Origin: Acidimicrobiia bacterium
GTDB taxonomy: Bacteria > Actinomycetota > Acidimicrobiia > Spongiisociales > UBA11373
Direction of reading: 5' to 3'
DNA: 64,000 bases
Assembly: GCA_040902765.1 (NCBI GenBank)
Contig: JBBDWO010000007.1
Span: 20,113-84,112, forward strand
Below are positions 18,682-29,326 of this stretch, piece after piece. A program made the position numbers and the translations under genes. The notes beneath the pieces are model-generated. The model was not told the origin of the DNA, searched no databases, and was given only the letters and a program-made list of their open reading frames with translations. Within the stretch, counting starts at the first letter, position 1. Each line of letters begins with the position of its first letter.

Positions 18682-19997
18682 GGCGCGGTGACGCGGTCCG
18701 CCACCGCGACGGCATCTGCGGCGAGGTGAGAGAGTCCGACGCCTCGGTACCCCCACCCTGCGAGATGGATTCCAGGCGGTGTCGCCGCCGCCACCGTCGC
18801 CACCCAGGATTGGTGCCCCACCTCGTACTGGGGGATCCCGTCGGCGTGTCGAACGACTCGTGTGAAGTCGGGGGCGAGGTCGCGACCGAGTATCCGTGAC
18901 GCCTCCGAGACGACCGCCTCGATGACACGGTCCGTGTCCCACGCAGCCACGTCGGGGTTGGTGGCTCCCCCCACGATGATCTTGGCGAGATTTTTCCCTT
19001 CGGGTGCCCTGCTCGGCGCGTAGGACGACTCGAACAGTATCCCGAGTAGCTTGGTGCCGGTGTCGGGACCGACGAGGGCCCCGAACCCATCCGGCAGTGG
19101 CACGGCGTCGTCGTTCCCTCCCAGCCACACCACCGTGACCGGGGCGGTGACGGACTCATTCAAACTCGCGGCCACGCCTCCTTGGAGGATTCGGGCGGCG
19201 ACGGAAGGGCTGGTCGCGATCACCACGTGCTGTGCTCGAACCCTCTCCAGCCCGTCGATCGTCACCGTGGAACCGCCTGCGGTGACGGCCGCAACCTCGA
19301 AGGACGTGCGCAGGCGGACTCCGAGCGCGGAGGCGAGCCCATCGGCTACTCCGGCCATATCGGGTACCGGGAGGTGGGGTTGGGGAGTCTCGTCCGTCCT
19401 GGTGGCTGTCCGCCTGCGCCGGAGGGCACTGCGAACGATCGATCCGGACTCCTTCTCGAGCGCGGCGAGCAGGGGGAACGACGAGCGGGCCGAGAGGCGT
19501 CGCGGGTCCCCGGCGAAGACCCCCGAGGCCGCCAGCCAGGAGACAAGGCGCCCCGTCTCGCGGCCGAAGCGCCGCTCGAGGAGGTCGGCGAGGCTTTCGT
19601 CGTCGGACCGCGGCCGCGATCGGACGACCGGCTCGAGAGCGGCGCGTGCCTTGGCCCTCCACCCCAGGATTGGTGCGAGTGCCATGCGTGGCGATCGACG
19701 CACGGCGACCAACCGTCCGCGGGCGTAGACGTAGCGATCGGACGCCACTGGCTCCGCCTTGGCGATCGCCACTCCCGCTTCCTCGAGGAGGGGACTGAGG
19801 TGGCGGTGCGGCAGGAGGAACGTCCCGGCCCCCGGCTCGAGCGTGTATCCCTCGGCGTGAATCGTGCGGGTTACCCCTCCGACGTGTCCGGCGGCTTCGA
19901 GTACCAGGATGTCATCGACGCCGCGGCGGCGCAGTTCGGTCGCAATGAGCAGACCCGAGAGGCCGCCGCCGACGATCGCAACGCGCACCTCCATCAC
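18678..19997 (-). CDS. hemY: protoporphyrinogen/coproporphyrinogen oxidase (HemY-type FAD enzyme)
   Basis: 439 aa. N-terminal VAIVGGGLSGL dinucleotide fold, a C-terminal AGWGYRGVGL block, and position within the hem operon. Confidence 0.85.
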   Translation of the reverse strand: MMEVRVAIVGGGLSGLLIATELRRRGVDDILVLEAAGHVGGVTRTIHAEGYTLEPGAGTFLLPHRHLSPLLEEAGVAIAKAEPVASDRYVYARGRLVAVRRSPRMALAPILGWRAKARAALEPVVRSRPRSDDESLADLLERRFGRETGRLVSWLAASGVFAGDPRRLSARSSFPLLAALEKESGSIVRSALRRRRTATRTDETPQPHLPVPDMAGVADGLASALGVRLRTSFEVAAVTAGGSTVTIDGLERVRAQHVVIATSPSVAARILQGGVAASLNESVTAPVTVVWLGGNDDAVPLPDGFGALVGPDTGTKLLGILFESSYAPSRAPEGKNLAKIIVGGATNPDVAAWDTDRVIEAVVSEASRILGRDLAPDFTRVVRHADGIPQYEVGHQSWVATVAAATPPGIHLAGWGYRGVGLSHLAADAVAVADRVTAP

Positions 19998-21376
19998 AGG
20001 GCTCGAGAGAACGTCGGGCGGTCCGTGGACCGACGAGCGGTGTGAGCGTCGAACACCTGAGCGAGACGCCGCACGAATGGGCGGCCCTGCTCGGTGAGTC
20101 GGATCTGAAGCCCATCGACCGTGGCCAGCTCCTCGTCGACGAGCCCGCCCGCTTCGGAGAGAGCGGTGAGCTCATTGGAGAAGTAGTTCGACGCCTCCAC
20201 TCCGTGTCGACGGGCGACCTCGCCGAGGTCGACACCCCAGCGGCACATGACCGCGGTGATCACCTCACGCCGCAGGAGGTCGTCGGCGGTGAGCCGGTGG
20301 CCACGCTCCACCGGGAGCTCCCCGGAGTCCACCGCCGCCAGGTACGAGGCGAGGCGTCGGTGGTTCTGTGCGTACGCGCCGTCGATGTCAGAGATCCCTG
20401 AGGTGCCGAGGGCAACCACCTCTGCCGATGCCGACGGCGTATAACCCATGAAAGTACGGCCGAGCGTGCCGGCTGCGTCGGCCACTGCGAGGTCGTCGTC
20501 GGGGAGGGCGAAGTGGTCCATGCCGATAGGTCGGTAGCCGGCGTCGACGAGGGTGTTCCTTGTCTGGGCGAATAGGCGCAACCGCGTCGACGTGTCCGGA
20601 ATGAGCGTCTCGTCGATCCGCCGCTGATGCGGTCTCATCCAGGGGACGAACGCAAAGGGGTAGACGGCCAGCCGGTCCGGCCTCATGGCGAGCACGGTGT
20701 CGAGAGTCTGCCTCATGGTGGTCTCTGTCTGGCCGGGCAAGCCGTGGATGAGATCGAGGTTGATCGAGCGAAACCCCGCTGAGCGCGCGGCCGCGTAGAG
20801 CGCCGTCGTCTGCTCGGGGGTCTGATTCCGTCCGATCAGCACCTGTACCTCAGGGTCGAGATCCTGGACGCCCATCGAGAGGCGGTTGAATCCCAGCCCG
20901 ACAAGCGTGTCGATGTGCTCGATCGTGGTGATCCTCGGATCCACCTCGACCGCGAGCTCGGCATCCGGAGCGATGTCGAAGCAGCGCTCGAGGGCACCGT
21001 GGAGCAGCTCCAACTCGCTCGGCTCGTAGGCCGTCGGCGTGCCGCCGCCCCAGTGCATTTGGTCGACCCGTCGCCGGCCACTGAGCCCGTTCGCAACGAG
21101 CGAGGCCTCGGCGATCACTCGATCCAGATATCCGGTGACGAGCCGTGGATTGCGGGCAACGACGACGTGGCACGCACAGAACGCGCAGCGGGCCTTGCAG
21201 AAGGGAAGATGAACGTAAAGCGACAGTGCCTCGTTCGGTCTGTCCCTCGCCGCGGCGCGTAACCGGTCTGCGTGCTCGTCGGGTCCGAAGGCGTCGGTGA
21301 AGTCGACGGCGGTCGGGTACGACGTATAGCGGGGGCCGGGGCGGTCGTGCTTCGCGAGGAGCTCGGCGGTGATCAC
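19994..21376 (-). CDS. hemN: oxygen-independent coproporphyrinogen III oxidase (radical SAM)
   Basis: 460 aa, which is full HemN length. YTSYPTA, the CxxxCxxC motif in HLPFCKARCAFCAC, and the C-terminal HemN domain. Confidence 0.88.
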   Translation of the reverse strand: MITAELLAKHDRPGPRYTSYPTAVDFTDAFGPDEHADRLRAAARDRPNEALSLYVHLPFCKARCAFCACHVVVARNPRLVTGYLDRVIAEASLVANGLSGRRRVDQMHWGGGTPTAYEPSELELLHGALERCFDIAPDAELAVEVDPRITTIEHIDTLVGLGFNRLSMGVQDLDPEVQVLIGRNQTPEQTTALYAAARSAGFRSINLDLIHGLPGQTETTMRQTLDTVLAMRPDRLAVYPFAFVPWMRPHQRRIDETLIPDTSTRLRLFAQTRNTLVDAGYRPIGMDHFALPDDDLAVADAAGTLGRTFMGYTPSASAEVVALGTSGISDIDGAYAQNHRRLASYLAAVDSGELPVERGHRLTADDLLRREVITAVMCRWGVDLGEVARRHGVEASNYFSNELTALSEAGGLVDEELATVDGLQIRLTEQGRPFVRRLAQVFDAHTARRSTDRPTFSRAL

Positions 21377-22371
21377 GCCCGGATTTCCTCGACGAGGGCT
21401 GCCACGTGCTCCGGCGGGGTGGTTCGATCGATGCCGTGGCCCAGGTTGAAGACATGGCCGGGCCGGTCACCGACCGCGTCGAGGACGCGCCGGGTCTCGG
21501 TGCGGATGGTGTCGGGATCGGTGAGCAGCACCGCAGGATCCAGGTTGCCCTGAATTGCCCGGTCCTCACCGATACGCCGCCAGGCCTCATCGATGGGCAG
21601 GCGCCAGTCGACTCCGTAGGCGTCCGCCTCGGCGGCTCGCTGGCGCTCCAGCGTGTGGCCGGCCCCCGGAGCGAAGTAAATGCGCGGAGCGTCTAGGCCG
21701 TGGATGCTCAGCCGGGCGGCGGGCACGGCGAGGGCGTCGTAGGTCTCCACGTCGAGCAGCCCCGCCCAGGTGTCGAACAACTGCACTGCGTCGGCTCCCG
21801 CCTCGACCTGGAGGCCGAGGTACGCCTGCATGGCCGTTCCCAGAGCGGTGAGCGCCTCGGTGGCAGCCGGGGGATCTGCCCGGATGGCTCCGCGAAGGCT
21901 CATGAAGTCCTTCGACCCACCGCCTTCGACGAGATAGGCGAGCAGGGTGAACGGCGCTCCGGCGAATCCGAGGACCGCGGTGGTCTCGGGAACCTGCTGT
22001 CGGACGAGCCGGATGGTCTCTGCCACGAATCCGACCCGCTCGGTGTCGAGCTGACCGAGACGAGCGATCTCAGCGAGGGTGTGCGGACGGAGCCTCGGGC
22101 CCGGATCGAAGGTCATCTCGACACCCATCGCCTCGAGTGGCGTCATGATGTCGGCGAAGATGACCGCGCCGTCCATGGCGAAGCGTCGGATGGGTTGGAG
22201 CGTGATCTCGGCGGCGACTTCGGGGGTCGACACCGCCTCCTGGAAGGCGTAGCGCTCCCGGAGTTCCCGGTACTCGGGAAGGTACCTCCCGGCCTGACGC
22301 ATCACCCACACGGGGGTCCGTTCGACGCCCCGGCCTTTCAGGGCCTCGACCAGAGGACGGACGAGTTTCAC
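21373..22371 (-). CDS. hemE: uroporphyrinogen decarboxylase
   Basis: 332 aa. PVWVMRQAGRYLPEY signature and 4-nt overlaps on both sides. Confidence 0.92.
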   Translation of the reverse strand: MKLVRPLVEALKGRGVERTPVWVMRQAGRYLPEYRELRERYAFQEAVSTPEVAAEITLQPIRRFAMDGAVIFADIMTPLEAMGVEMTFDPGPRLRPHTLAEIARLGQLDTERVGFVAETIRLVRQQVPETTAVLGFAGAPFTLLAYLVEGGGSKDFMSLRGAIRADPPAATEALTALGTAMQAYLGLQVEAGADAVQLFDTWAGLLDVETYDALAVPAARLSIHGLDAPRIYFAPGAGHTLERQRAAEADAYGVDWRLPIDEAWRRIGEDRAIQGNLDPAVLLTDPDTIRTETRRVLDAVGDRPGHVFNLGHGIDRTTPPEHVAALVEEIRA

Positions 22372-23651
22372 TTCACCTCGGCGAGCGCGTCGACGAGCGC
22401 CTCGATGGTCGAGTCCAGTGCGTCGCGGTGTGCCTCCATCACGAACAGGGCTTCGAACGGCGACGGGGGCAGCAGCACGCCGTTGCGCCGCGCCGCTCTG
22501 AAGAAGGCGCCGAACCGGTCGCGGTCCACGGTGGCGGCGTCATCCCACGAGCGCACCCGATCGGGTCCGAGGAACAGCGTGAGCATGCCGCCGACCCGCT
22601 GCACGCAGCCGGGGATGCTCAGGTCGACGAGCGCCCGGGCCAGGGCGTCATCGAGCGCCGCTCCGATCTCCTCGATCCGATCGTAGAGGTCGTCCCGAGC
22701 GACGATCTTGCGTAGGCAGGCGAGGCCCGCGGCGACCGCGATGGGATTCCCCGCCAGGGTGCCCGCCTGGTATACCGGCCCGCTCGGAGCCACCATGCCC
22801 ATGAGATCGGCTCGTCCCCCGTAGGCAGCCGCCGGCGTGCCTCCGGCCACGATCTTGCCCAGGGTGGTGAGGTCGGGCGTGACGCCGTAGCGCTCCTGTG
22901 CGCCGCCGCGAGCGACCCGGAAACCCGTCATGACCTCGTCGAAGACGAGCAGCGCCCCGTGTTCGTCGCACAGTCGACGCAGACCCGGCAGGAACTCGGG
23001 TTCGGGCGGCACCACTCCCATGTTCCCGGCAACCGGTTCGACGATCACCGCGGCGATGTCCTTTGCCGCGAAGTGCGACCGCACACTGTCCAGGTCGTTG
23101 AACCGCGCCACCCGGGTGTCGGCGACTGTGGCCGCTGGAACGCCGGGGCTGTCCGGCTCCCCGAGGGTCGCCGCCCCGCTCCCCGCCTTCACCAGGAAGG
23201 GGTCGGCGTGGCCGTGGTAGCAGCCCTCGAACTTGACGATCCCGGCCCGCCCGGTGGCGGCCCGAGCCACCCTGATCGCCGATGCCGTCGCCTCGGTACC
23301 CGAGTTGACCATCCGAACGACGTCCACGGCCGGAACCAGGGACACGATGAGTTCGGCGAGCTCTACCTCGAGGGTGGTCGGCACACCGAACGAGGTGCCC
23401 TTGCGAGCCGCATTTGTGATGGCGTCGACGATGTCGTCGTCGGCATGTCCGAAGATGAGCGCTCCCCACGAGGCGATGAAGTCGACGAGAATCTCACCGT
23501 CGATCGTGGTGATCGTGGCGCCCTTGGCGCTGGCGGCGAAGGCCGGGTGGTCGGCGACGGACTCGAAGGCACGGACTGGCGAGTTGACGCCGCCGGGGAT
23601 CACGGCGGTGGCGCGTCGCAGCCAGTCCTCGGCGGTGGGGTCTGCGGTCAT
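22368..23651 (-). CDS. hemL: glutamate-1-semialdehyde 2,1-aminomutase
   Basis: [22 protein letters not shown] and LGKIVAGG motifs. The start is the ATG at 23651, which overlaps the hemB stop. Confidence 0.92.
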   Translation of the reverse strand: MTADPTAEDWLRRATAVIPGGVNSPVRAFESVADHPAFAASAKGATITTIDGEILVDFIASWGALIFGHADDDIVDAITNAARKGTSFGVPTTLEVELAELIVSLVPAVDVVRMVNSGTEATASAIRVARAATGRAGIVKFEGCYHGHADPFLVKAGSGAATLGEPDSPGVPAATVADTRVARFNDLDSVRSHFAAKDIAAVIVEPVAGNMGVVPPEPEFLPGLRRLCDEHGALLVFDEVMTGFRVARGGAQERYGVTPDLTTLGKIVAGGTPAAAYGGRADLMGMVAPSGPVYQAGTLAGNPIAVAAGLACLRKIVARDDLYDRIEEIGAALDDALARALVDLSIPGCVQRVGGMLTLFLGPDRVRSWDDAATVDRDRFGAFFRAARRNGVLLPPSPFEALFVMEAHRDALDSTIEALVDALAEVK

Positions 23652-24625
23652 GAGTTCTCCAGTGCGCGTGCGGCTTCGACGGCGAAGTAGGTGAGTATCA
23701 CGTCGGCCCCGGCGCGGGCGATGCCGGTGAGCGACTCGATCATGATCCGCTCCCCGTCGATCCATCCGCGCTCGGCGGCGGCCCGGATCATCGAGAATTC
23801 CCCGGACACCTGATAGGCGGCGACCGGTACGTCGACGCGGGCTCGCACGTCGGCGACCACGTCGAGGTACGGCCCCGCCGGTTTCACCATCACCATGTCG
23901 GCGCCCTCGGCGAGATCGCGTTCCACTTCGACCCGCGCTTCGCGCCGATTGGCGGGGTCCATCTGGTGGCTTCGCCGGTCGCCGAACGATGGTGCCGACT
24001 CGGCCGCTTCCCGAAACGGCCCGTAGTAGGCGCTGGCGTACTTGACCGCGTAGGAGCAGATGGCCAGCTCGGGATGCCCGGCGCCGTCGAGAGCGGACCG
24101 GATCGCCCCGACCCGTCCGTCCATCATGTCCGAGGGTGCGATGACGTCGGCCCCGGCGTCGGCGTAGGCGACGGCTGTCTGGGCGAGCAGCGGCAGGGTG
24201 GCGTCGTTGTCCACGGTGTCACCGGCGATCACCCCACAGTGGCCGTGGTCGGTGTACTCGCACAGGCAGACGTCGGCCCACACCACGAGGTCGGGAACGG
24301 CCTCTTTGAGCGCCCGGATGGCCGTGGGGACCGGGCCGTCGGGATCCCAGGCCCCGGATCCACGGGGGTCTTTGGCCGTGGGGATCCCGAACAGCATCAC
24401 CCCGCCTACTCGGGCGTCGCGGGCGTCGGTGGCCACCTCGACGAGTCGGTCGACGGAGAGTTGCGCGTGGCCGGGCATCGAGTCGATCGGCTTGCGGACG
24501 TCGGTGCCAGGCACGGCGAAGAGCGGCAGCACGAAGGACGCCGGATGGAGCCTCGTCTCGGCCACCATGCGCCGCAGCGCCGCCGAGCGCCTCAGCCGTC
24601 GCGACCGGCCGACCGGGTAGGTCAT
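23648..24625 (-). CDS. hemB: porphobilinogen synthase (delta-aminolevulinate dehydratase)
   Basis: [13 protein letters not shown] start region and the active-site lysine block VMVKPA. The start is the ATG at 24625, which overlaps the hemD stop. Confidence 0.92.
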   Translation of the reverse strand: MTYPVGRSRRLRRSAALRRMVAETRLHPASFVLPLFAVPGTDVRKPIDSMPGHAQLSVDRLVEVATDARDARVGGVMLFGIPTAKDPRGSGAWDPDGPVPTAIRALKEAVPDLVVWADVCLCEYTDHGHCGVIAGDTVDNDATLPLLAQTAVAYADAGADVIAPSDMMDGRVGAIRSALDGAGHPELAICSYAVKYASAYYGPFREAAESAPSFGDRRSHQMDPANRREARVEVERDLAEGADMVMVKPAGPYLDVVADVRARVDVPVAAYQVSGEFSMIRAAAERGWIDGERIMIESLTGIARAGADVILTYFAVEAARALENS

Positions 24626-25308
24626 CTGTCGACCCTTTCTGTGAGATGCGCGGCCATCAGCGTCGCCAGCCCCTGATGACTGGGAGGCTCGGCGATCAGG
24701 TCGGGAACCCCGCCGTACTCTGCCAGCGCCCGGGCCGTCGTGGGGCCGATGACACCGATCACCAGCCCTTCGAGCGGCTTCGCCATCGACCATCCCCGGA
24801 TGGACGACGGTGAGGCGAAGGCCACGGCGTCGACGTCAGCGTCCGGCGGCGCGACCGGCATCGTCTCGTACACCGCCCGCTCGAACAGGTTCCACCCTGC
24901 CGAGGTGATCGCATTGAAGACGCCGGGATCGGTACCGGCGGCGTGGGGGAACACCACCGTGCCGTCACCCTCACCGAGTCCGGCCGCCAGCTCGAAGGCG
25001 CCGACCGATCCGACGAGTCCCACCGTCCCGCCGGCGTCGGTGACTGCCCGGGCGGTTACCGACCCGACGGCGGCGACCGGGACTGACGGCATCGCCCCGT
25101 CGGGCCACACGATGGCGATGGCTCGTGGCGAGGTCGCCACCAGCCAGGTGGCTCCGGCTGCCTGGTGGCGGATGTCGGAGATCACGCTTTCCGCAGCGGG
25201 TGCGATGCGAACGCACGGCAGGAGGACGGGCTCGAGGCCATGAGCGCGGTAGGGGGCGGCAGCCGCTTCGGCGCGGTCCGGGGCGGTGGTGATGGCGACC
25301 CGGCTCAC
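24622..25308 (-). CDS. hemD: uroporphyrinogen-III synthase
   Basis: 228 aa with a GTG start that overlaps the hemC stop. The call rests on a position between hemC and hemB and HemD-like size and composition. Sequence motifs are weak, as is usual for HemD. Confidence 0.7.
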   Translation of the reverse strand: MSRVAITTAPDRAEAAAAPYRAHGLEPVLLPCVRIAPAAESVISDIRHQAAGATWLVATSPRAIAIVWPDGAMPSVPVAAVGSVTARAVTDAGGTVGLVGSVGAFELAAGLGEGDGTVVFPHAAGTDPGVFNAITSAGWNLFERAVYETMPVAPPDADVDAVAFASPSSIRGWSMAKPLEGLVIGVIGPTTARALAEYGGVPDLIAEPPSHQGLATLMAAHLTERVDR

Positions 25309-26162
25309 AGGCCGAGCCTTTCCTGTGCGAGTCGGCTCGCCTCGTCGGGGTCCGAGCCGGTGACGCGGGCTCGGCGGGTCCCGGCTTCGTCGTGGACGAA
25401 GGCGGTGAGGGTGATCCCACTGTCGTCAGTGGTGGCGAGGGCGCCCAGCGCGGCACGGCATCCCGCTCCCGTGCGCGCCAGCAGCGACCGTTCGGCCTCC
25501 ACGGCCCGCCGGGTGGTGGCATCGTCGATGGCGGCGGCGAGTTCGGAGGCGCTCGACCCCTCCCGTCCTTCGACGGCGATCGCTGCCTGGGCGGGGGCCG
25601 GGACCATCTCCTCGAGGCTGAACCGATGAGCGATCCGGTCCTCCATGCCGAGCCGGCGCAGTCCGGCTTCGGCGAGGACGATGGCGTCGAAGTCGCCGCG
25701 GTCGACCTGGTCGAGCCGGGTGCCGACGTTGCCCCTGATCTCCGCCATCTCGACATCCGGACGCAGCACGCCGAGCTGGGCGGCTCGTCGCGGGCTACCG
25801 GTTCCGACCCTCCCACCCCGCGGCAAGTCGTCGAGGGTGGTGCCGCACAGCACGTCCCACGGCGCAGCCCGCTTCGGGTAGAAGGCGACGAGGCCGTCGG
25901 GGCCGGCGGTGGGCAGGTCTTTGCAGGAGTGGACGGCGAGGTCGGCGGAGCCGTCGAGTACCGCTTGCTGCACCGCCCGGACGAAAGCCCCCATTTCGGT
26001 CAGTTCGGTCACCGGCGTCGTGCGGTCGCGATCGCCTTGTGTGGTGACTTCGAGGACGGTCACCGTCAGACCCCGGTGAGCCGCCTGGAGCGCCTCGGCG
26101 ACGAGACGGGTCTGGGCCAGCGCCAGGGCCGACCCGCGGGTTGCGAGCACCAGGTCACTCAT
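25305..26162 (-). CDS. hemC: hydroxymethylbilane synthase (porphobilinogen deaminase)
   Basis: 285 aa. LATRGSALAL, HSCKDLP and GTGSPRR motifs. Confidence 0.9.
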   Translation of the reverse strand: MSDLVLATRGSALALAQTRLVAEALQAAHRGLTVTVLEVTTQGDRDRTTPVTELTEMGAFVRAVQQAVLDGSADLAVHSCKDLPTAGPDGLVAFYPKRAAPWDVLCGTTLDDLPRGGRVGTGSPRRAAQLGVLRPDVEMAEIRGNVGTRLDQVDRGDFDAIVLAEAGLRRLGMEDRIAHRFSLEEMVPAPAQAAIAVEGREGSSASELAAAIDDATTRRAVEAERSLLARTGAGCRAALGALATTDDSGITLTAFVHDEAGTRRARVTGSDPDEASRLAQERLGL

Positions 26163-27306
26163 CGGCGACCCCGAACGCCTCGGCGAGGGCTTCGAGTGTT
26201 TCGTTGCTGTCCGCCCGCTTCACGTACTCGATGGGACCCGCCAGCAAGGTGCGCGACACGGTGTGGGCCGCCTGGCGCAGTACGGCGATCTCCTCCTCGG
26301 ACTGGAGCCGTCCGGCGAACCGCTGGACGACCCGCTCGACGATGTCGTCGGCCGAGGCGACCATGCCGCTGATGATCGGGGCGATCTCGTGGTGGTCGGC
26401 GAAGCGGTGGTGCGCCTCGGCGGCGGCATCGGCGACGAAGGCGTCGGCGTCCTCCCCCCGGGGCCGCCGATCGGCGACGCGAGCCAAGGCATCGATGTCG
26501 ACGTACTCGACCATGGATCCGTCGGGGGGCACAAAGTCGGGGGGCATCGCCATGTCGACCAGGACGAGCGGCGAGGTGCGCGCCGACAGCACGCCGCGCA
26601 GGCTGTCGTCGTCGATGGGCCGCTGCTTCGCCGAGGTGGCCGAGACCACGGCGGGGAAGTGCTCGAGTGCTTCGAGGACCCTCTCGAACGGCCACACCTC
26701 GACGCCGGTGATGGTGACCGCCGAGGGTCGGCGGGCCAGGAGGGTCACCCGCGGCGGCGCCGGGAGCGAGCGCAGGGCGGTCGCCACGGCGGTCGCCATC
26801 GTCCCCGATCCGAAGATGGCGACCTCGGTGGCGGCCCCGACGGCTTGGGCGGCGATCATCCCCATCGAGGCGTGTGCCGACCCGGGGATGAGATCTCGTC
26901 CGCGGCGTCCGATCGAAACCAGCGCCTCCATGAGCCTGGCGAAGATCCCACCGATGCGTCCCGCCTTCTCGGCCTCGTTCACCGCCTGCCTGAACTGGGA
27001 GAGGATCTCGACTTCGCCGAGGATCGGCGACTCCAGCCCGGCGGCGACGCGGGCGAGGTGTACCACGGCTGCTCGGTCGGAGCGTATCTGCCCAGGGATC
27101 TGCTCGGTGAGTTCTTCGCCGAGGATCGAGTGCAGTACCCGCCGGAGGTGCTTGGCATCTCCGCTGGTCACGATCTCCACCCGCAGGCACGTCGAGAGGA
27201 CCACGGTGTCGTCCGGGACTGGGCTCGTCAGGAGTCGGCGCGCGATCGTGGCGCGCGACTCGGTATCGAGGCGCGGGTAGGCGTAACTGGCAGAGGAAAT
27301 GCGCAT
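26155..27306 (-). CDS. hemA: glutamyl-tRNA reductase
   Basis: 383 aa. STCLRVEI (catalytic Cys), an NAD fold IFGSGTMA, and first position in the hemACDBL block. Confidence 0.85.
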   Translation of the reverse strand: MRISSASYAYPRLDTESRATIARRLLTSPVPDDTVVLSTCLRVEIVTSGDAKHLRRVLHSILGEELTEQIPGQIRSDRAAVVHLARVAAGLESPILGEVEILSQFRQAVNEAEKAGRIGGIFARLMEALVSIGRRGRDLIPGSAHASMGMIAAQAVGAATEVAIFGSGTMATAVATALRSLPAPPRVTLLARRPSAVTITGVEVWPFERVLEALEHFPAVVSATSAKQRPIDDDSLRGVLSARTSPLVLVDMAMPPDFVPPDGSMVEYVDIDALARVADRRPRGEDADAFVADAAAEAHHRFADHHEIAPIISGMVASADDIVERVVQRFAGRLQSEEEIAVLRQAAHTVSRTLLAGPIEYVKRADSNETLEALAEAFGVADE

Positions 27307-27398
27307 CGTGGGTCCGCGCGACGATACGGCCGCGTCATCCCGACACGGAGTCGTAATGCTCGGCGCTGGCGCCCCGGAGCGCTATGCCTCCCGGGTCA

Positions 27399-28286
27399 TC
27401 ACCAGTCGCGGGGCTCTCCCCGGACCATCTCCAGCAGTTCGGCCTCCGGTGAGCCGCGTTCCGGTTGGTGGTCGTACACCCAGCGGGCTCTCGGGGGGAG
27501 GGAAGCCAGGATCGATTCGGTGCGCCCGTCGGTCTCGATGCCGAACCTCGTCCCGCGGTCCCACACGAGGTTGAACTCGACGTAGCGGCCCCGCCGGACC
27601 TCGTGCCACTCGATCTGTTCCGCTCCATAGGGGGTGTCGATCCTGCGTTCGAGGATGGGGATGTAGGAGGCTGCCAGGTGGTCGCCCAGGTCCTGCTGGA
27701 AGGCCCACACCGCCGGGAGGTCGTCGGTCAGGTGGTCGAAAAAGATGCCACCGACCCCCCGGGCTTCCCCCCGATGCCGGAGATGGAAGTACGCGTCGCA
27801 GGCCGTTTTCCACGCCGGGTAGTCGGCCACGGGGTGGCGGCCGCAGGTCTCTTTGAGCACCCCGTGGAAGTGGCGGGCGTCCTCGTCGTAGAGGTAGTAC
27901 GGGGTCAGGTCGGAACCGCCCCCGAACCAGGCGGCGTCATCGGTTTCGAAGTAGCGGATGTTGGCGTGGAAGGTGGGGGCGTGGGGGTTGGAGGGGTGGA
28001 CGATCGTCGACAGCCCGCTGGCGAAGAACTCTTTGGCACCTGCCGCCATCCCGTCGGCGAGCTGTTGGGGAGGTGTCCCCCAGACCGCGGACACGTTGAC
28101 CGCCGCCTTCTCGATGGGGCCGTCTCCGGTGAGGATCCGGGTGGTGCCACCGCCGCCACCGGTGCGCTCCCAGGTGTCCGTCGTAAACCGGGACCCACCG
28201 TCGATCTCCTCGAGACTCCGGCACAGGACGTCCTGGAGGTCGCGGTACCGGGCCTCGACGCTGGTGCGGTCGATGGGGGTGCTCAC
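27399..28286 (-). CDS. hemF: oxygen-dependent coproporphyrinogen III oxidase
   Basis: Blocks VHPSNPHAPTFHANIRYFE, WFGGGSDLTPYY, RGEARGVGGIFFD and VEFNLVWDRGT. The GTG start at 28286 overlaps the hemH stop (GTGA). The longer ORF-track version overlaps hemH. Confidence 0.87.
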   Translation of the reverse strand: MSTPIDRTSVEARYRDLQDVLCRSLEEIDGGSRFTTDTWERTGGGGGTTRILTGDGPIEKAAVNVSAVWGTPPQQLADGMAAGAKEFFASGLSTIVHPSNPHAPTFHANIRYFETDDAAWFGGGSDLTPYYLYDEDARHFHGVLKETCGRHPVADYPAWKTACDAYFHLRHRGEARGVGGIFFDHLTDDLPAVWAFQQDLGDHLAASYIPILERRIDTPYGAEQIEWHEVRRGRYVEFNLVWDRGTRFGIETDGRTESILASLPPRARWVYDHQPERGSPEAELLEMVRGEPRDW

Positions 28287-29320
28287 GCCCGCATCCCGAC
28301 CGACTCGACCATCCCGGCGAGGCCGTCCACCCACAGGGGGTGCGTATTGACGCAGGGCACTAGGGCTAGCGACTCTCCGCCCAGGTCGGCCCACTGGTTG
28401 CGGAGCCGGATGCCGATCTCCTCCAGCGTCTCCAGGCAGTCGGTGGTGAACGAGGGCGTCAACACGGCGAGGCGCCGGATGCCGCGCTCGGCGAAGTCGA
28501 CGATCACCCGATCGGTGTACGGCTCGATCCACTTCTGGCCGGCCAATCTGGATTGGAACGCCGTCGAAAAGGACCCGGGCTGGAGTCCGAGGCGCTCGGC
28601 GATGACACGCGTCGTGACATGGCATTGGGCCCGGTAGCAGAAGCGGTTCTGGGTGGTCATCTCCGACGAGCACGTGGCCGATGCCAGGCACCAGCTGCCG
28701 GTCGTGTCCGAGGTGCGGATCTGCTTCTCGGGGAGCCCGTGGTACGAGAACAGCACGTGGTCGGGGCGGTGCTCCTCGATCATCGGTGCGGCCAGCGCCG
28801 CCTGGGCCTCTACAAAACCGGGATGGTCGTAGAACGCCGGCGCCACGGCGATCCCCGGGACATTGACCCGTTGGCCGATCTCGTCGAGCGCTCGTTGCAC
28901 CGCCGATCCGGTGGCGGCCGATGAGTACTGGGGGAACAGCGGGATCAGGACGAGTCGTTCGCACCCGGCGTCGAGCAGGTCGGTCACCGCCGCTGCAACG
29001 GGGGGGTTGCGGTACCGCATCCCCAGCGCCACCCGGTACGCCGGGCCGAGTCGCTGGGAGAGGGCGTCGACGAGGTCGTTGCTGAGGGCGAGCAGCGGCG
29101 ACCCGCGGTCGGTCCAGATCTGTCGGTAGGCGTGGGCGGAGCGGCGGGGCCGGAAGGGGAGGATCACCAGCTCGAGCAGCGCCCGTCGTGCCACCGCGGG
29201 CATGTCGAGTACCCGGGGGTCGGAGAGGAACTCCCGGAGATACCGGCGCACGTCCCGGGTCGAGGTCGAGTCGGGGGTGCCCAACTGGAGCAGCAGGACC
29301 CCGGTCGGGCGGGCGGTCAT
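28283..29320 (-). CDS. hemH: ferrochelatase
   Basis: 345 aa. LLLQLGTPDS, LFPQYSSATTGS-like LFPQYSSAATGS, and FSYHGLP. Confidence 0.9.
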   Translation of the reverse strand: MTARPTGVLLLQLGTPDSTSTRDVRRYLREFLSDPRVLDMPAVARRALLELVILPFRPRRSAHAYRQIWTDRGSPLLALSNDLVDALSQRLGPAYRVALGMRYRNPPVAAAVTDLLDAGCERLVLIPLFPQYSSAATGSAVQRALDEIGQRVNVPGIAVAPAFYDHPGFVEAQAALAAPMIEEHRPDHVLFSYHGLPEKQIRTSDTTGSWCLASATCSSEMTTQNRFCYRAQCHVTTRVIAERLGLQPGSFSTAFQSRLAGQKWIEPYTDRVIVDFAERGIRRLAVLTPSFTTDCLETLEEIGIRLRNQWADLGGESLALVPCVNTHPLWVDGLAGMVESVGMRA

Positions 29321-29326
29321 CGGGGG

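Noticed and set aside
17507-19159. Very long Arg/Pro/Gly-rich ORFs on alternative frames or strands. Examples are 17507..19159 (-), 9177..10376 (-), 6793..7998 (+), 26263..27585 (+), 61567..62562 (-) and many others in the ORF track.
   Set aside because: They overlap well-supported genes (MFS/hemY, ACAD, aminotransferase, hemA, M15 peptidase). They have the biased RPGA composition typical of shadow ORFs in high-GC DNA and show no recognisable motifs.
19994-21376. The possibility that hemN is really the heme chaperone HemW.
   Set aside because: At 460 aa it has the full HemN length, the N-terminal YTSYPTA region and the C-terminal domain. HemW-type proteins are roughly 80 aa shorter. The distinction still needs a proper phylogeny.
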